Below the pieces are notes generated by a model. That model did no database searches, had not been told where the DNA came from, and saw only the letters and a program-made list of their open reading frames with translations. 62,779 nucleotides of DNA from Clostridia bacterium (GTDB taxonomy: Bacteria; Bacillota; Clostridia; Christensenellales; UBA1242), in NCBI GenBank assembly GCA_017464845.1, contig JAFTYD010000021.1, forward strand, positions 1 through 62,779, in the 5' to 3' direction. Shown here piece by piece: positions 54,177 through 62,779 of this stretch; positions within the stretch are counted from its first letter, which is position 1; each line of letters opens with the position of its first letter. The position numbers and the translations under genes are program-made.

Positions 54177-54599
54177 ATGAGAGTTGGTGTAAGAGGAGTT
54201 ATTATTGAAAATGGAAAAGTACTTTCAATGTTCAGAAGAAAAGTTACTCCAGAAAAAACAAAAGAATATTATGTTATTCCAGGCGGTGGTCAAGAAGGAA
54301 ATGAAACTCTTGTTGAAACCTTAAAAAGAGAACTTATGGAAGAAATGAGTATTGAGGTTGAAGTTATAGGTTATCTTGGAAAAGATGTTTATGGCGACAG
54401 TACTTCTCACTTTTTTCATTGTAAAAAAGTTGGTGGAGAAATTAAACTTTCTGGTCCAGAACTTGAAAGTATAACAGAAGAAAATTATTATGAACCTAGA
54501 TATGTTGAGATAAGTGAATTAAACAATGTTGACTTTGTTTGCAAAGATTTTGTTTTCAAAGCAATAAATGGAGAATACGAAAATATTGATAATAATTAA
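54177..54599 (+). CDS. NUDIX hydrolase
   Basis: Nudix box GGGQEGNETLVETLKRELMEEMSI. ATG 54177 after AAAGGAGAG is preferred to 54132. Confidence 0.85.
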   Translation: MRVGVRGVIIENGKVLSMFRRKVTPEKTKEYYVIPGGGQEGNETLVETLKRELMEEMSIEVEVIGYLGKDVYGDSTSHFFHCKKVGGEIKLSGPELESITEENYYEPRYVEISELNNVDFVCKDFVFKAINGEYENIDNN

Positions 54600-54711
54600 G
54601 AAAACTTTTACAAAACTTTTACATTTAATTAAAAAAATAAACAAAAGTTCATTTTTAGTTTTTATTTAATTGTTGTATAATTGTATTAACAATTAAAAGG
54701 TTGGTATATTT

Positions 54712-55566
54712 ATGAAAATAGCAATAACAGCAGAAAGCACAATTGATTTAACAAAAGAGTTGCTTGAAAAGTTTGATATAAAAACAATACCATTTCAAGT
54801 TATCCTTGGTGATGTGCAATATAAAGATGGTGAAGAAGTTTCACCAAGTGATATTTTTAAGTTTGTTGAAGAAAAAAAAGTTTTACCAAAAACTTCAGCA
54901 TTAAACAAAGAACAATATTACAATTTTTTTAATGAAGTAAAAAAAGACTATGATGGGATTATTCATTTTTCTTTATCAAGTGGACTTAGTTCATCTTGCC
55001 AAAATGCAATGGACGCAGCTCATTCTCTTGAAAATGTTTATGTTGTTGATACATTGTCTTTGTCAACAGGAATTGCTCTTCTTGCAATCTATGCAAGAAA
55101 ACTTGCAGACCAAGATTTAGAGTTGAAGGAAGTTTATAACAAAGTTGTTGAAAGAATTCCAAACTTGCAAGCTAGTTTTATTATTGAAAAACTTAACTAC
55201 CTTCACAAAGGTGGAAGATGTTCTGCTCTTGCACTTTTAGGTGCAAACATAATGCGCATTAGACCACAAATTTGGCTTAAAGATGGAAAGATGAGTGTGC
55301 ATAAAAAATATGTTGGAAAGATTGAAAAAGTAATTGAAAATTATTGTAATGATGTATTAAATGAATTTAATAATCCTGACCTTGATGTTGCTTTCGTAAC
55401 TTACACAACAGCAACAGAAGGTATGATAGAAAATGCAAAAAAAGCTTTAAAAGAAAAAGGATTTAAAAACATTTACGAAACAGTTGCTGGTGCAACAATA
55501 ACAAGTCATTGTGGAGAACACACTCTTGGAATTTTGTACTTAAATGACGGAAGTGATAACCACTAA
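54712..55566 (+). CDS. DegV-family fatty-acid-binding protein
   Basis: Typical DegV length and blocks (SSGLSSSCQNA, YLHKGGR). Confidence 0.8.
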   Translation: MKIAITAESTIDLTKELLEKFDIKTIPFQVILGDVQYKDGEEVSPSDIFKFVEEKKVLPKTSALNKEQYYNFFNEVKKDYDGIIHFSLSSGLSSSCQNAMDAAHSLENVYVVDTLSLSTGIALLAIYARKLADQDLELKEVYNKVVERIPNLQASFIIEKLNYLHKGGRCSALALLGANIMRIRPQIWLKDGKMSVHKKYVGKIEKVIENYCNDVLNEFNNPDLDVAFVTYTTATEGMIENAKKALKEKGFKNIYETVAGATITSHCGEHTLGILYLNDGSDNH

Positions 55567-55584
55567 AATTTATCGGGAGAGTTT

Positions 55585-56334
55585 ATGAAAATTATTTACT
55601 CAAGTATCTTCGGTGGTGTAGAAATTAAAAATCAAAAACTCATAGCAAAACCATTTCAAAACGAAAATGAATTTGTAGATGTTTTGCATGATTATTGCAA
55701 AGAAAGAAAAAAGTTTGTTTTCATTTCAAATAGAGAACAAAATAAAATAAAAAAACCAAAAGAAAAAGATGAAGTGTTTAATGATTATTTTTATAGCAAC
55801 AAAAAATATTTCAAAGTCTTGAAAAAATGTTTCTCTCTTTCTTCTCTTGATTTTGAAAAATATGTTCTTGTTGATGAAAATTACAAAGGAAACTTAAAAG
55901 AAGAAATTGCAACTGCAAGCATAGTTTATGTTCAAGGTGGACATACCATAAGAGGTCTTGATTTTATTAATAAAATAAAACTTAAAGATTGTCTAGCTGG
56001 TTATAAAAAATTATTATTTTTACATAGCACAGCAACAAAAATTTTAGGTGGAAAGAAAAGTGTTTTATCAACTTTGCATGGAGATATAAAAAATTATCAA
56101 TTAGATGATGGACTTGGTTTAAAGAACTATACAATCCGTCCACATTTTAATTCTGAAATTTTGAAAGGTAATGATTCAAAGAATAAAAACAGATTGAAGC
56201 TTATTAAAAAACTTTCAAAAAATATTTTAGTTTTTGGTGTTTCAGGTAAATCGTTTATTGTCGATGATGATGGAATGTTAGAATACTTTGGAGAATGTTA
56301 TTCAATCTTTAATGAAGATATAAAGAAAATTTAA
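55585..56334 (+). CDS. Hypothetical protein, possibly peptidase S51/class-I amidotransferase-like
   Basis: VYVQGGHTIRGLDFINKIKL resembles the S51 GGN-t-xxL block. The catalytic serine motif is not clear. Confidence 0.3.
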   Translation: MKIIYSSIFGGVEIKNQKLIAKPFQNENEFVDVLHDYCKERKKFVFISNREQNKIKKPKEKDEVFNDYFYSNKKYFKVLKKCFSLSSLDFEKYVLVDENYKGNLKEEIATASIVYVQGGHTIRGLDFINKIKLKDCLAGYKKLLFLHSTATKILGGKKSVLSTLHGDIKNYQLDDGLGLKNYTIRPHFNSEILKGNDSKNKNRLKLIKKLSKNILVFGVSGKSFIVDDDGMLEYFGECYSIFNEDIKKI

Positions 56335-56340
56335 AAATAA

Positions 56341-56379
56341 AATATAACACATTTTGTTTGTGTTATATTTTTTTTTTTA
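56341..56379 (+). terminator. Rho-independent terminator
   Basis: ATATAACACA-loop-TGTGTTATAT followed by T10. Confidence 0.8.
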
Positions 56380-56500
56380 TAAAAATTAATTTTTTAATTA
56401 AAATTTTATTGTTATTTAGTTAGTTGAATTAATTTTAATTATTTATGATTATATTAAAAATAGTTGATTTTTTATTTAAAAAATGTTATTAAGTTTCTAA
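56380..56500. repeat. Third A/T-only TTAATTAA-type tract
   Basis: ataaaaattaattttttaattaaaattttattgttatttagttagttgaattaattttaattatttatgatt..., upstream of the Rrf2-nifS-nifU operon. Confidence 0.6.
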
Positions 56501-56520
56501 CTTGTAATTAAGGAGAATTT

Positions 56521-56955
56521 ATGGAAATTACAGCAAAAGGTAGATACGCAGTTAGAATTATGGTTGACATAGCAAAAAATTCGCCAGGCTTTGTTTCACT
56601 TGCTGATATTTCAAGTAGACAAAATATTTCAGTAAAATATGCAGAAAAGATTATCTCAATGCTTGTTAAAGGGAATTTACTTGAAAGTATGAGAGGTCAA
56701 CAAGGTGGATATAAACTTATTAAAAATCCTTGTGAATATTCAGTTAAAGAAATTCTTGTTTTGACTGGTGATGTTTCTCATATTTCAAGATGTGATAATG
56801 AAAGCGAATGTGAGCGTAGAGATATTTGCGATGCTGTTGGTGTGTTTGTAAACTTAAACGATATCATAAATGAATATTTAAAAAATGTTTCTCTTCAAGA
56901 CCTTATTGATAAAACTTATGGTAGATATGTTTTAAAGGTTGAAGAAAATGTCTAG
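56521..56955 (+). CDS. Rrf2-family transcriptional regulator (IscR/CymR-like)
   Basis: MEITAKGRYAVRIMVDIAKN... winged HTH. Cys residues in the CDNESECERRDIC region. Confidence 0.85.
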   Translation: MEITAKGRYAVRIMVDIAKNSPGFVSLADISSRQNISVKYAEKIISMLVKGNLLESMRGQQGGYKLIKNPCEYSVKEILVLTGDVSHISRCDNESECERRDICDAVGVFVNLNDIINEYLKNVSLQDLIDKTYGRYVLKVEENV

Positions 56956-57056
56956 TATTTAAACAAAAAATAACTTTAATAATTTGATTGACAAATAAGT
57001 TATTTTTTTATATGATTATATCATACCCAAAAGGTAGGAATTAAAAAGGAGATAAG

Positions 57057-58241
57057 ATGATTTATTTAGACAACGCAGGGACTACCAAAATGTCTGAAAA
57101 AGCAAAAGAAGCAATGCTTCCATATTTTGATAATATTTATGGAAATGCAAGTAGTTTGCATGAAGCAGGTCAAATTGCAAAAGATGAACTTGAAAAAGCA
57201 AGAGAAACTATTGCAAGTTTAATAGGTGCAAATACAAATGAAATTTACTTTACTTCTGGTGGAAGTGAAAGTGATAATCTTGCAATTTATAGTGCTTGCA
57301 AAATCGGAAAGATAAGAGGAAAGAATCATATTATCACAACAAAGTTTGAACATCATGCAATTATGGAAACTTTGAAAGAATATGAAAAATTAGGTTTTGA
57401 AGTTACTTATCTTGATGTTTATGAAAATGGAATTGTAAAAAGTCAAGATGTATTAAATGCAATAAAGGATACAACTTGTCTTGTTACAATAATGACTGCA
57501 AACAATGAAATAGGAACAATTCAACCTATCGAAGAAATCGGAAAGATTTGTAGAGAAAAGGGAGTTACTTTTCATACTGATGCTGTCCAAGCTGTTGGGC
57601 ATATTCATATTGATGTAAAAGAAATGAATATTGATATGTTGTCACTTTCTGCTCACAAGTTTCATGGACCAAAAGGCGTTGGAGCTTTGTATGTAAGAAA
57701 AGGTATTCCTGTTTTTAGTTATATTTTTGGTGGAAGTCAAGAAAATGGAAGAAGGGCAGGAACTGAAAATATTGCTGGAATTGTTGGAATGGCTTGTGCA
57801 TTAAAAGAAAGTGTGGAAGAAATGGAAGAAGTTTCAAATAGAGAAAAAAAATTGAGAGATAAACTTTTTGAAAACCTTTCAAAAATTCCACATTCAAAAA
57901 TAAATGGTGATTTAGAAAAAAGATTGCCAAACAATTTTAATATGAGTTTTGAAGGTATTGAAGGTGAAAGTTTGATTTTGCTTTTGAGTGATGAAGGTAT
58001 TTGTGCAACTTCTGGGAGTGCTTGTACTTCAGGTTCTCTTGACCCATCTCATGTACTTTTGTCAATTGGACTTAAACATGAAATAGCACATGGTTCGCTT
58101 AGATTGACGCTTTCAAAATATACAACAGAAGAGGAAATTGACAAAACCATTTCTGCTGTACCGAAGATTGTTGAATACTTAAGAAAAATGTCTCCAATAT
58201 GGGACGAAATGGAAAAAGGAGTTAAAGAACATGTTATATAG
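57057..58241 (+). CDS. nifS: Cysteine desulfurase (NifS-type)
   Basis: PLP lysine SLSAHKFHGPKG. Catalytic SGSACTSG loop. Confidence 0.9.
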   Translation: MIYLDNAGTTKMSEKAKEAMLPYFDNIYGNASSLHEAGQIAKDELEKARETIASLIGANTNEIYFTSGGSESDNLAIYSACKIGKIRGKNHIITTKFEHHAIMETLKEYEKLGFEVTYLDVYENGIVKSQDVLNAIKDTTCLVTIMTANNEIGTIQPIEEIGKICREKGVTFHTDAVQAVGHIHIDVKEMNIDMLSLSAHKFHGPKGVGALYVRKGIPVFSYIFGGSQENGRRAGTENIAGIVGMACALKESVEEMEEVSNREKKLRDKLFENLSKIPHSKINGDLEKRLPNNFNMSFEGIEGESLILLLSDEGICATSGSACTSGSLDPSHVLLSIGLKHEIAHGSLRLTLSKYTTEEEIDKTISAVPKIVEYLRKMSPIWDEMEKGVKEHVI

Positions 58242-58674
58242 TGAAAAGGTTATGGACCATTTTCGTAATCCAAGAAATGTGGGTGAAATGGAAAATCCAG
58301 ATGGAATTGGTGAAGTTGGAAATGCTAAATGTGGCGATATAATGAGAATGTATATAAAAGTTGAAAACAATATCATAACAGATGTTAGTTTTATGACTTT
58401 TGGTTGTGGTAGCGCTATTGCAACAAGTTCAATTGCTACTGAAATGATAAAAGGTCAACCTATTGAAAAGGCTCTGGAACTTACTAACCAAGCAGTTGTT
58501 GAAGCTTTAGGTGGACTTCCTCAACATAAGGTGCATTGTTCAGTTCTTGCAGAAGAAGCTGTCAAGGCTGCTATAAAAGATTATTACGAAAAAAATAATA
58601 TTGAATATGACAAGGAAAAGTATTGTGCAGGAGATTGCCCTTGTCTTCATGAACACGATAAAAAAGAAGATTAA
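58231..58674 (+). CDS. nifU: Fe-S cluster scaffold protein (NifU/IscU N-terminal type)
   Basis: HFRNPRNVGEM...GNAKCGDIMRMYIKV...FGCGSAIATSS...HCSVLAEEA has the three scaffold cysteines. Confidence 0.9.
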   Translation: MLYSEKVMDHFRNPRNVGEMENPDGIGEVGNAKCGDIMRMYIKVENNIITDVSFMTFGCGSAIATSSIATEMIKGQPIEKALELTNQAVVEALGGLPQHKVHCSVLAEEAVKAAIKDYYEKNNIEYDKEKYCAGDCPCLHEHDKKED

Positions 58675-58737
58675 AATATTTGTCAAAAAACAAAAGATAA
58701 AAAACTTGCCTTTTGTAATTTACTTAAAAGGAGAGCT

Positions 58738-59613
58738 ATGAAGAAAAAAGTATTTATATATGTTTTTGTTGCGATATTTTTGTTTGTTGGATTAACAACT
58801 TTATTTGTGTTGTTGCTAAGACATGGTAACAATGATAAACCACCAAAAAAAAGCGAAACTGAAATTGTTGAACCATTTGGAGTATGGTGGTGGGATGATG
58901 AGCTTGATAGTAAAATTTATCTTGAATTTGCAAAGAACAACAATGTAAATGAGATATACTTATGCTCTTCAAAGTTTAATAACGAAACTTCTAAGTTTAT
59001 CGAAAGTGCAAATGATTATGATATAAAAGTATTCTTGCTTGCCGGTGAAAAAGAATGGTTAAATGATAGTACAAACTTACATTCTTTGATAGGAAAATAC
59101 AAAACATATCAAAGAACTTACGATAATACTTTTTCAGGAATTCATCTTGATATTGAACCTCATCAGTTTGATGATTTTTCAGAAAATAGGGAAACTTATA
59201 TTTTATCTTTGATAAGCTTAATGAAAGAATTAAAAGATACTTATCGTGATATAAAATTTGATTATGATATTCCATTTTGGCTTGATGATGAAGTAACTTT
59301 CAATAGTTCGACAAAAGAAGCATACAAACATATTATTGATATAGCAAATAGAACTTTTGTTATGAGTTATAGAGATACCTGTGAAGATATATATGATGTA
59401 GGCGAAGATGAAGTTCTTTATGCTGAAGAAAATAAAAAGATAGTTGTTTTGTGTGTGGAAACAAAAAGTAGCGAAGGTGATAAAGTTTCTTTTATGGAAG
59501 AAGGTAAGGATTATATGAATGGGGAACTTAAGGAACTTAAAAAACTCTTACCAAAAGGATTTGGTATCTCTGTTCATCAAATATACACTTGGTACAACTT
59601 AAAGAAGTATTAA
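58738..59613 (+). CDS. Membrane-anchored hypothetical protein, possible glycoside-hydrolase-like TIM barrel
   Basis: N-terminal TM. GIHLDIEPHQ-type motif. No firm family call. Confidence 0.35.
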   Translation: MKKKVFIYVFVAIFLFVGLTTLFVLLLRHGNNDKPPKKSETEIVEPFGVWWWDDELDSKIYLEFAKNNNVNEIYLCSSKFNNETSKFIESANDYDIKVFLLAGEKEWLNDSTNLHSLIGKYKTYQRTYDNTFSGIHLDIEPHQFDDFSENRETYILSLISLMKELKDTYRDIKFDYDIPFWLDDEVTFNSSTKEAYKHIIDIANRTFVMSYRDTCEDIYDVGEDEVLYAEENKKIVVLCVETKSSEGDKVSFMEEGKDYMNGELKELKKLLPKGFGISVHQIYTWYNLKKY

Positions 59614-59616
59614 AAA

Positions 59617-59645
59617 AAAGAAATCATAAAAGATTTCTTTTTTTA
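59617..59645. terminator. Bidirectional terminator
   Basis: AAAGAAATC-ATAAAA-GATTTCTTT flanked by A8/T-run, between convergent genes. Confidence 0.75.
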
Positions 59646-60149
59646 TTAATTATAAAATCTGAAGAATAAGGTCATATATATCTTATGTGATAAAGCGATT
59701 ACTGTGTTTCTAAGAAGAATCTTTTCATCTGTTTCTTGACCACCTATTTTCTTTAATTCATCTTGCAAACCAAATACATGATAGTTTACATTCTCAAACT
59801 CTAAAATAAAATAGTTGTATGCCATTTCGCTTGAATAAGTGCTTTTTTGGATTTGAATAAGTCTACTTATTTTATCAAGGGAGATTATATTCTTTGCAAG
59901 TGTTATAAAAATAAAGTAGGCGATATTATCACGGCTATATTGTTTTTTAACAGCATTACTCACAAGACCTTTTTTAACATAATTTGAAAGCATTGAAGAT
60001 GTTACGCTATCTTCAATAGGTTCAATCAAATCGTTTATATATTTTGTTACCTGTTCAAGATAAAGTCCAACATTTGGAATATCTTCGTATTTTGGTAACT
60101 TCAAATTTTTTATTGTATTTATCATTTTTTCTTTATAATTCTTTTTCAT
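59646..60149 (-). CDS. DUF1836-family protein
   Basis: LPKYEDIPNVGLYLEQV...TSSMLSNYVKKGLV...KKQYSRDNIAYFIFI pattern. Divergent from a DegV gene, a common pairing. Confidence 0.65.
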   Translation of the reverse strand: MKKNYKEKMINTIKNLKLPKYEDIPNVGLYLEQVTKYINDLIEPIEDSVTSSMLSNYVKKGLVSNAVKKQYSRDNIAYFIFITLAKNIISLDKISRLIQIQKSTYSSEMAYNYFILEFENVNYHVFGLQDELKKIGGQETDEKILLRNTVIALSHKIYMTLFFRFYN

Positions 60150-60303
60150 AATTTTAACCTTGAAAAGAGAGTATCATAAATTTGTTTAAAAGTCAAAGTA
60201 ATTAATAAAAGTTAAAACAAATGATATATTATTGACAATTTATGAATATATATGATAACATAATATCGGTTATTTAAAAACCGATTAAAGGGAGTGTTGT
60301 ATT

Positions 60304-61140
60304 ATGAAGATTGTATCAGATTCTTCTTCAAACGTAAGAAATATAACTTCAGATATTGAATTTAAGAGTGTTCCTTTAAAAATATTGGTTGACGATAAAG
60401 AATATGTCGATGATGAGAATGGCAGTGTTCAAGAAATGGTTGATTACTTAAAGACAACAAAGTCAAAAAGTTCAACTTCTTGTCCAAACAGTCAAGATTA
60501 TTTAAATGCTTTTGAAAACAGTGATGAAATAATAGTCTTAGCATTAACTAGCGCTTTATCAGGAAGTTACAATGCTAGCGAAGTGGCTCAAAAAGAGTAT
60601 TTAAAGGGCAATCCAAATGCGAATGTATTTTGTCTTGACACATTGACTACTGGCCCAGAAATGAGCCTTATAATTGATAAAATTGTAGAATTATATAATA
60701 ATGGCGAAAGTTTTGAAAGTATTGTTGAAAAAATAAAAGAGTATAGAACTCATACTCATTTAGTTTTCTTGCTTAAATCTTTAAGAAATCTTGCGAACAA
60801 TGGTAGAGTAAGTCCTATTGTTGCAAAGATTTCAAGTCTTATTGGTATTGAAATTATTTCAAAGGCAAGTGATGAAGGAACAATAAAACCTTTAAGAAAG
60901 GTTATAGGAAAGAAGAAAGGTTTGTTTACTTTATATGACGAAATCAAAAAGAATGGTTATAAGGGTGGAAAGATAACTATTGCACATTGTTTTAATGAAA
61001 GTGGAGTAAACGACCTTAAGACTATGATTTTAAAGGAATTTCCATCAGCAAATATAAAAGTTGAAGAATGTGGAATGTTATGTAGTTTTTATGCTGAAAA
61101 TGGTGGAATATTAGTAGGTTTTGAAGATTATGAAAATTAA
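60304..61140 (+). CDS. DegV-family fatty-acid-binding protein (second paralog)
   Basis: DegV-like length and blocks (TSALSGSYNAS, RNLANNGR). Confidence 0.8.
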   Translation: MKIVSDSSSNVRNITSDIEFKSVPLKILVDDKEYVDDENGSVQEMVDYLKTTKSKSSTSCPNSQDYLNAFENSDEIIVLALTSALSGSYNASEVAQKEYLKGNPNANVFCLDTLTTGPEMSLIIDKIVELYNNGESFESIVEKIKEYRTHTHLVFLLKSLRNLANNGRVSPIVAKISSLIGIEIISKASDEGTIKPLRKVIGKKKGLFTLYDEIKKNGYKGGKITIAHCFNESGVNDLKTMILKEFPSANIKVEECGMLCSFYAENGGILVGFEDYEN

Positions 61141-61165
61141 AAAAATTAAGTTAGATTTCTCTAAC

Positions 61166-61333
61166 TTAATTTTCTTTTTTAGTTCCAAATAATTTGATAG
61201 TTTGGAATGTTCCACACTTATTGCAACGTACATCAAATTTTATACCGGTTGTTGGATATTCTTTTAAATTGTATCTAACCACTTGACCACAAGTAGGACA
61301 AGCTATTTCAGTAAAATCTAAATTTTCTTCCAT
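61166..61333 (-). CDS. Small zinc-ribbon protein (55 aa), not in the ORF track
   Basis: MEENLDFTEIACPTCGQVVRYNLKEYPTTGIKFDVRCNKCGTFQTIKLFGTKKEN has CPxC...CxxC. RBS AAAGGAGG 8 nt upstream. Confidence 0.6.
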   Translation of the reverse strand: MEENLDFTEIACPTCGQVVRYNLKEYPTTGIKFDVRCNKCGTFQTIKLFGTKKEN

Positions 61334-61352
61334 AACAAACCTCCTTTTATAA

Positions 61353-61832
61353 CTAAATTTGGTGAATGATTATGTGTCTAAAATCGTAATTGCCTTCAAA
61401 TACTTCTTTGATAGCAGGGATAATTTCAGGTGGCTTGTAATTAACCTTTTCAATATCTTTGATATCTACCCAATTGTAGATGTCTTTGTTTTCAACGCCC
61501 ATGAAAGATCCATCTTTGTCTTCAAAATCATGATTAACAAATTCAGCAATGTAAACATATTGAAGTTCGTGGAAATCCATTCCGTCAAAGTTGAAGAAAT
61601 TTTCAGCAACAACTTTAAGTCCTTTAACTACGATATCGCAACCGAGTTCTTCTTGAATTTCACGAACGATAGTTGTTGGAGTGTCTTCACCCATTTCAAC
61701 TCTTCCACCAGGCATAACACAGAAGTCGATATTTTTTGAAGTGTTAGTCAAAAATTTTGTTTTTGTTGAGTCCATGATAATTGCAGAGACTCTAAAATTA
61801 AATTTGTTCTTGTCAACATTAAATGAAATCAA
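61353..61832 (-). CDS. NUDIX hydrolase
   Basis: Nudix box GGRVEMGEDTPTTIVREIQEELG. TTG start at 61832 after GGGAGG is preferred to the 61865 ATG. Confidence 0.8.
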   Translation of the reverse strand: MISFNVDKNKFNFRVSAIIMDSTKTKFLTNTSKNIDFCVMPGGRVEMGEDTPTTIVREIQEELGCDIVVKGLKVVAENFFNFDGMDFHELQYVYIAEFVNHDFEDKDGSFMGVENKDIYNWVDIKDIEKVNYKPPEIIPAIKEVFEGNYDFRHIIIHQI

Positions 61833-61941
61833 AATAAATACCTCCCATGGGAATATAGATACCACAAAATGAGAAAAATGTCAAATTTTATTTTTTTTAA
61901 AAATAAAGAACATATCGTTTTTTTGATATGTTCATATAATT

Positions 61942-62478
61942 TTAGATATTTTTGCCGAATAAATAGGCATTTTCAAGGTAGTTCGTTCCATCTAGGTCTG
62001 TTGCTTGTTCTATACCTGTTCCAAGGAAATAACCACCAAATTCAACCCCGTCAAAACAATTAACAAAACCTTGTATTGCTTCAACAGAACCATTTATAGC
62101 ATTTTCATCAGTATCAGCACAGGTTGCAACTAGGTAAATTTTTTTGAATTTGTTTTCTCTAATATATAAAGGATTGAGTCTATCTAAAAAGGTTTTTAGT
62201 TGTCCGGTTATGCTATAATAATAGATTGGAGAAGCAAAAATTAAAACATCAGAATTTGAAATGTCATCAAGATAATTTTTTACATCATCATTAATAACGC
62301 ATTTTCCTGTTTTTTGACAAGCAAGACAACCAATGCAGAATTTTAAATCAACATCTTTAAGGTCAACGAATTTAACTTGGTTTCCGTTATCTTCTAATCC
62401 TTCTTTAATCTTTTCACAAATTAGTTTTGAACTACTTATTGCATGTAGTGAACTTGAAACGATAACAACATTTTTCAT
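61942..62478 (-). CDS. Flavodoxin-like fold NAD(P)H-dependent FMN reductase / iron-sulfur flavoprotein-like
   Basis: MKNVVIVSSSLH...CIGCLACQKTGKCV...LIFASPIYYYSITGQLKTFLDR. Confidence 0.65.
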   Translation of the reverse strand: MKNVVIVSSSLHAISSSKLICEKIKEGLEDNGNQVKFVDLKDVDLKFCIGCLACQKTGKCVINDDVKNYLDDISNSDVLIFASPIYYYSITGQLKTFLDRLNPLYIRENKFKKIYLVATCADTDENAINGSVEAIQGFVNCFDGVEFGGYFLGTGIEQATDLDGTNYLENAYLFGKNI

Positions 62479-62748
62479 AAAATTTCTCCTTTGTTTAATT
62501 TATGATTTTGAATTAACTTATATATGATTTTTAGGGTATTTTCATATTTGCAAAACATTTGATTTTAAATCATAAATGTACAAAATACATTATATCCAAA
62601 ATAAAACTTTATGTAAAATAAATAAGAGGAACTTAATTAAAAATTGATATTTAAAATTTTGAATAAAAATAATTATTAAAAAATATATTGACTAATATTG
62701 TGTTTTTTGGTATTATTTTTGTATCAAAGAAAAAGGAGTGTGTTTATA

Positions 62749-62779
62749 TGGAAAAGAAAGTTAATTTAACAACCGGTGA
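62749..62779 (+). CDS. Start of an unidentified CDS (runs off the right edge)
   Basis: ATG lies 8 nt after AAAGGAG (MEKKVNLTTG...). Confidence 0.3.

Noticed and set aside
7762-61865. Longest-ORF starts given by the track for asd (7762), TVP38-fusion (18349), corC-like (20001), grpB-like (20804), pflB (21591), 244-aa gene (25630), rep (38920), response regulator (51500) and the two NUDIX genes (54132, 61865)
   Set aside because: In each case a downstream start has a properly spaced Shine-Dalgarno sequence and gives the canonical family N-terminus. The extension either lacks an RBS or runs through an upstream terminator or promoter.
1473-62527. Numerous ORF-track entries antisense to or nested within longer genes (e.g. 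1473-1784, 1781-1999, 3201-3398, 3769-4107, 4275-4921, 5275-5487, 6798-7109, 8740-9105, 10622-10984, 11105-11293, 11355-11624, 12137-12376, 15718-16155, 18427-18750, 18796-19125, 20920-21105, 22050-22256, 23152-23379, 27051-27320, 27695-27886, 33870-34136, 39154-39342, 42227-42568, 42941-43126, 46907-47089, 49027-49230, 57715-57934, 58179-58376, 58754-59275, 60362-60947, 61359-62063, 62333-62527)
   Set aside because: They overlap well-supported genes on the opposite strand or another frame, lack RBSs, and have low-complexity Ile/Phe/Leu/Ser/Lys-rich translations. That is typical of shadow ORFs in A/T-rich DNA.

Overview
AT-rich, low-GC Gram-positive (Bacillota-type) chromosomal window read with the standard code. 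spo0A, a SAM-I (S-box) riboswitch, a T-box-like leader, DegV paralogs and pflBA support that placement. The backbone is ordinary housekeeping: an asd-dapA-dapB-aspartate kinase operon, pflB-pflA, riboswitch-controlled metK, a short ProRS-like gene, Rrf2-nifS-nifU, an OmpR/histidine-kinase pair, several transporters and two unusual fusion proteins. The main feature is a ~14.1 kb integrated element (26002..40121) in the 3' end of an elongator tRNA-Met(CAT) gene, bounded by perfect 80-bp direct repeats. It carries a tyrosine integrase and a LexA/CI-type repressor facing a Cro/Xis-like gene across three TGTCAA-N5-TTGACA operators. It also carries a block of secreted or membrane-anchored proteins and a Zot-like P-loop ATPase. 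Its Rep protein has the motif set of eukaryotic CRESS-DNA virus Reps (uuTuNN, HuQ, YCSK, then SF3 Walker A/B/C). Upstream of rep lies a 16-bp stem-loop carrying the circovirus/nanovirus origin nonanucleotide TAGTATTAC, directly abutted by five TGTCGCAT iterons and preceded by a DnaA-box cluster. I read this as a temperate, probably ssDNA (inovirus-like or plasmid-like) element with a CRESS-type replication module, and it is the best candidate for something poorly described. Secondary observations: a Spo0A homolog with Glu at the phospho-acceptor position; a complex leader before the ProRS-like gene; a MATE/cytidylate-kinase-like fusion and a TVP38/acyltransferase/zinc-ribbon fusion; tandem transglutaminase-fold paralogs; a diverged duplicate of chromosomal att-flank DNA inside the element; a gene split at an A8 slippery run; three pure A/T TTAATTAA-type tracts; and a short interspersed repeat family. 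All calls come from reading the sequence and ORF translations by eye. No database searches were run.
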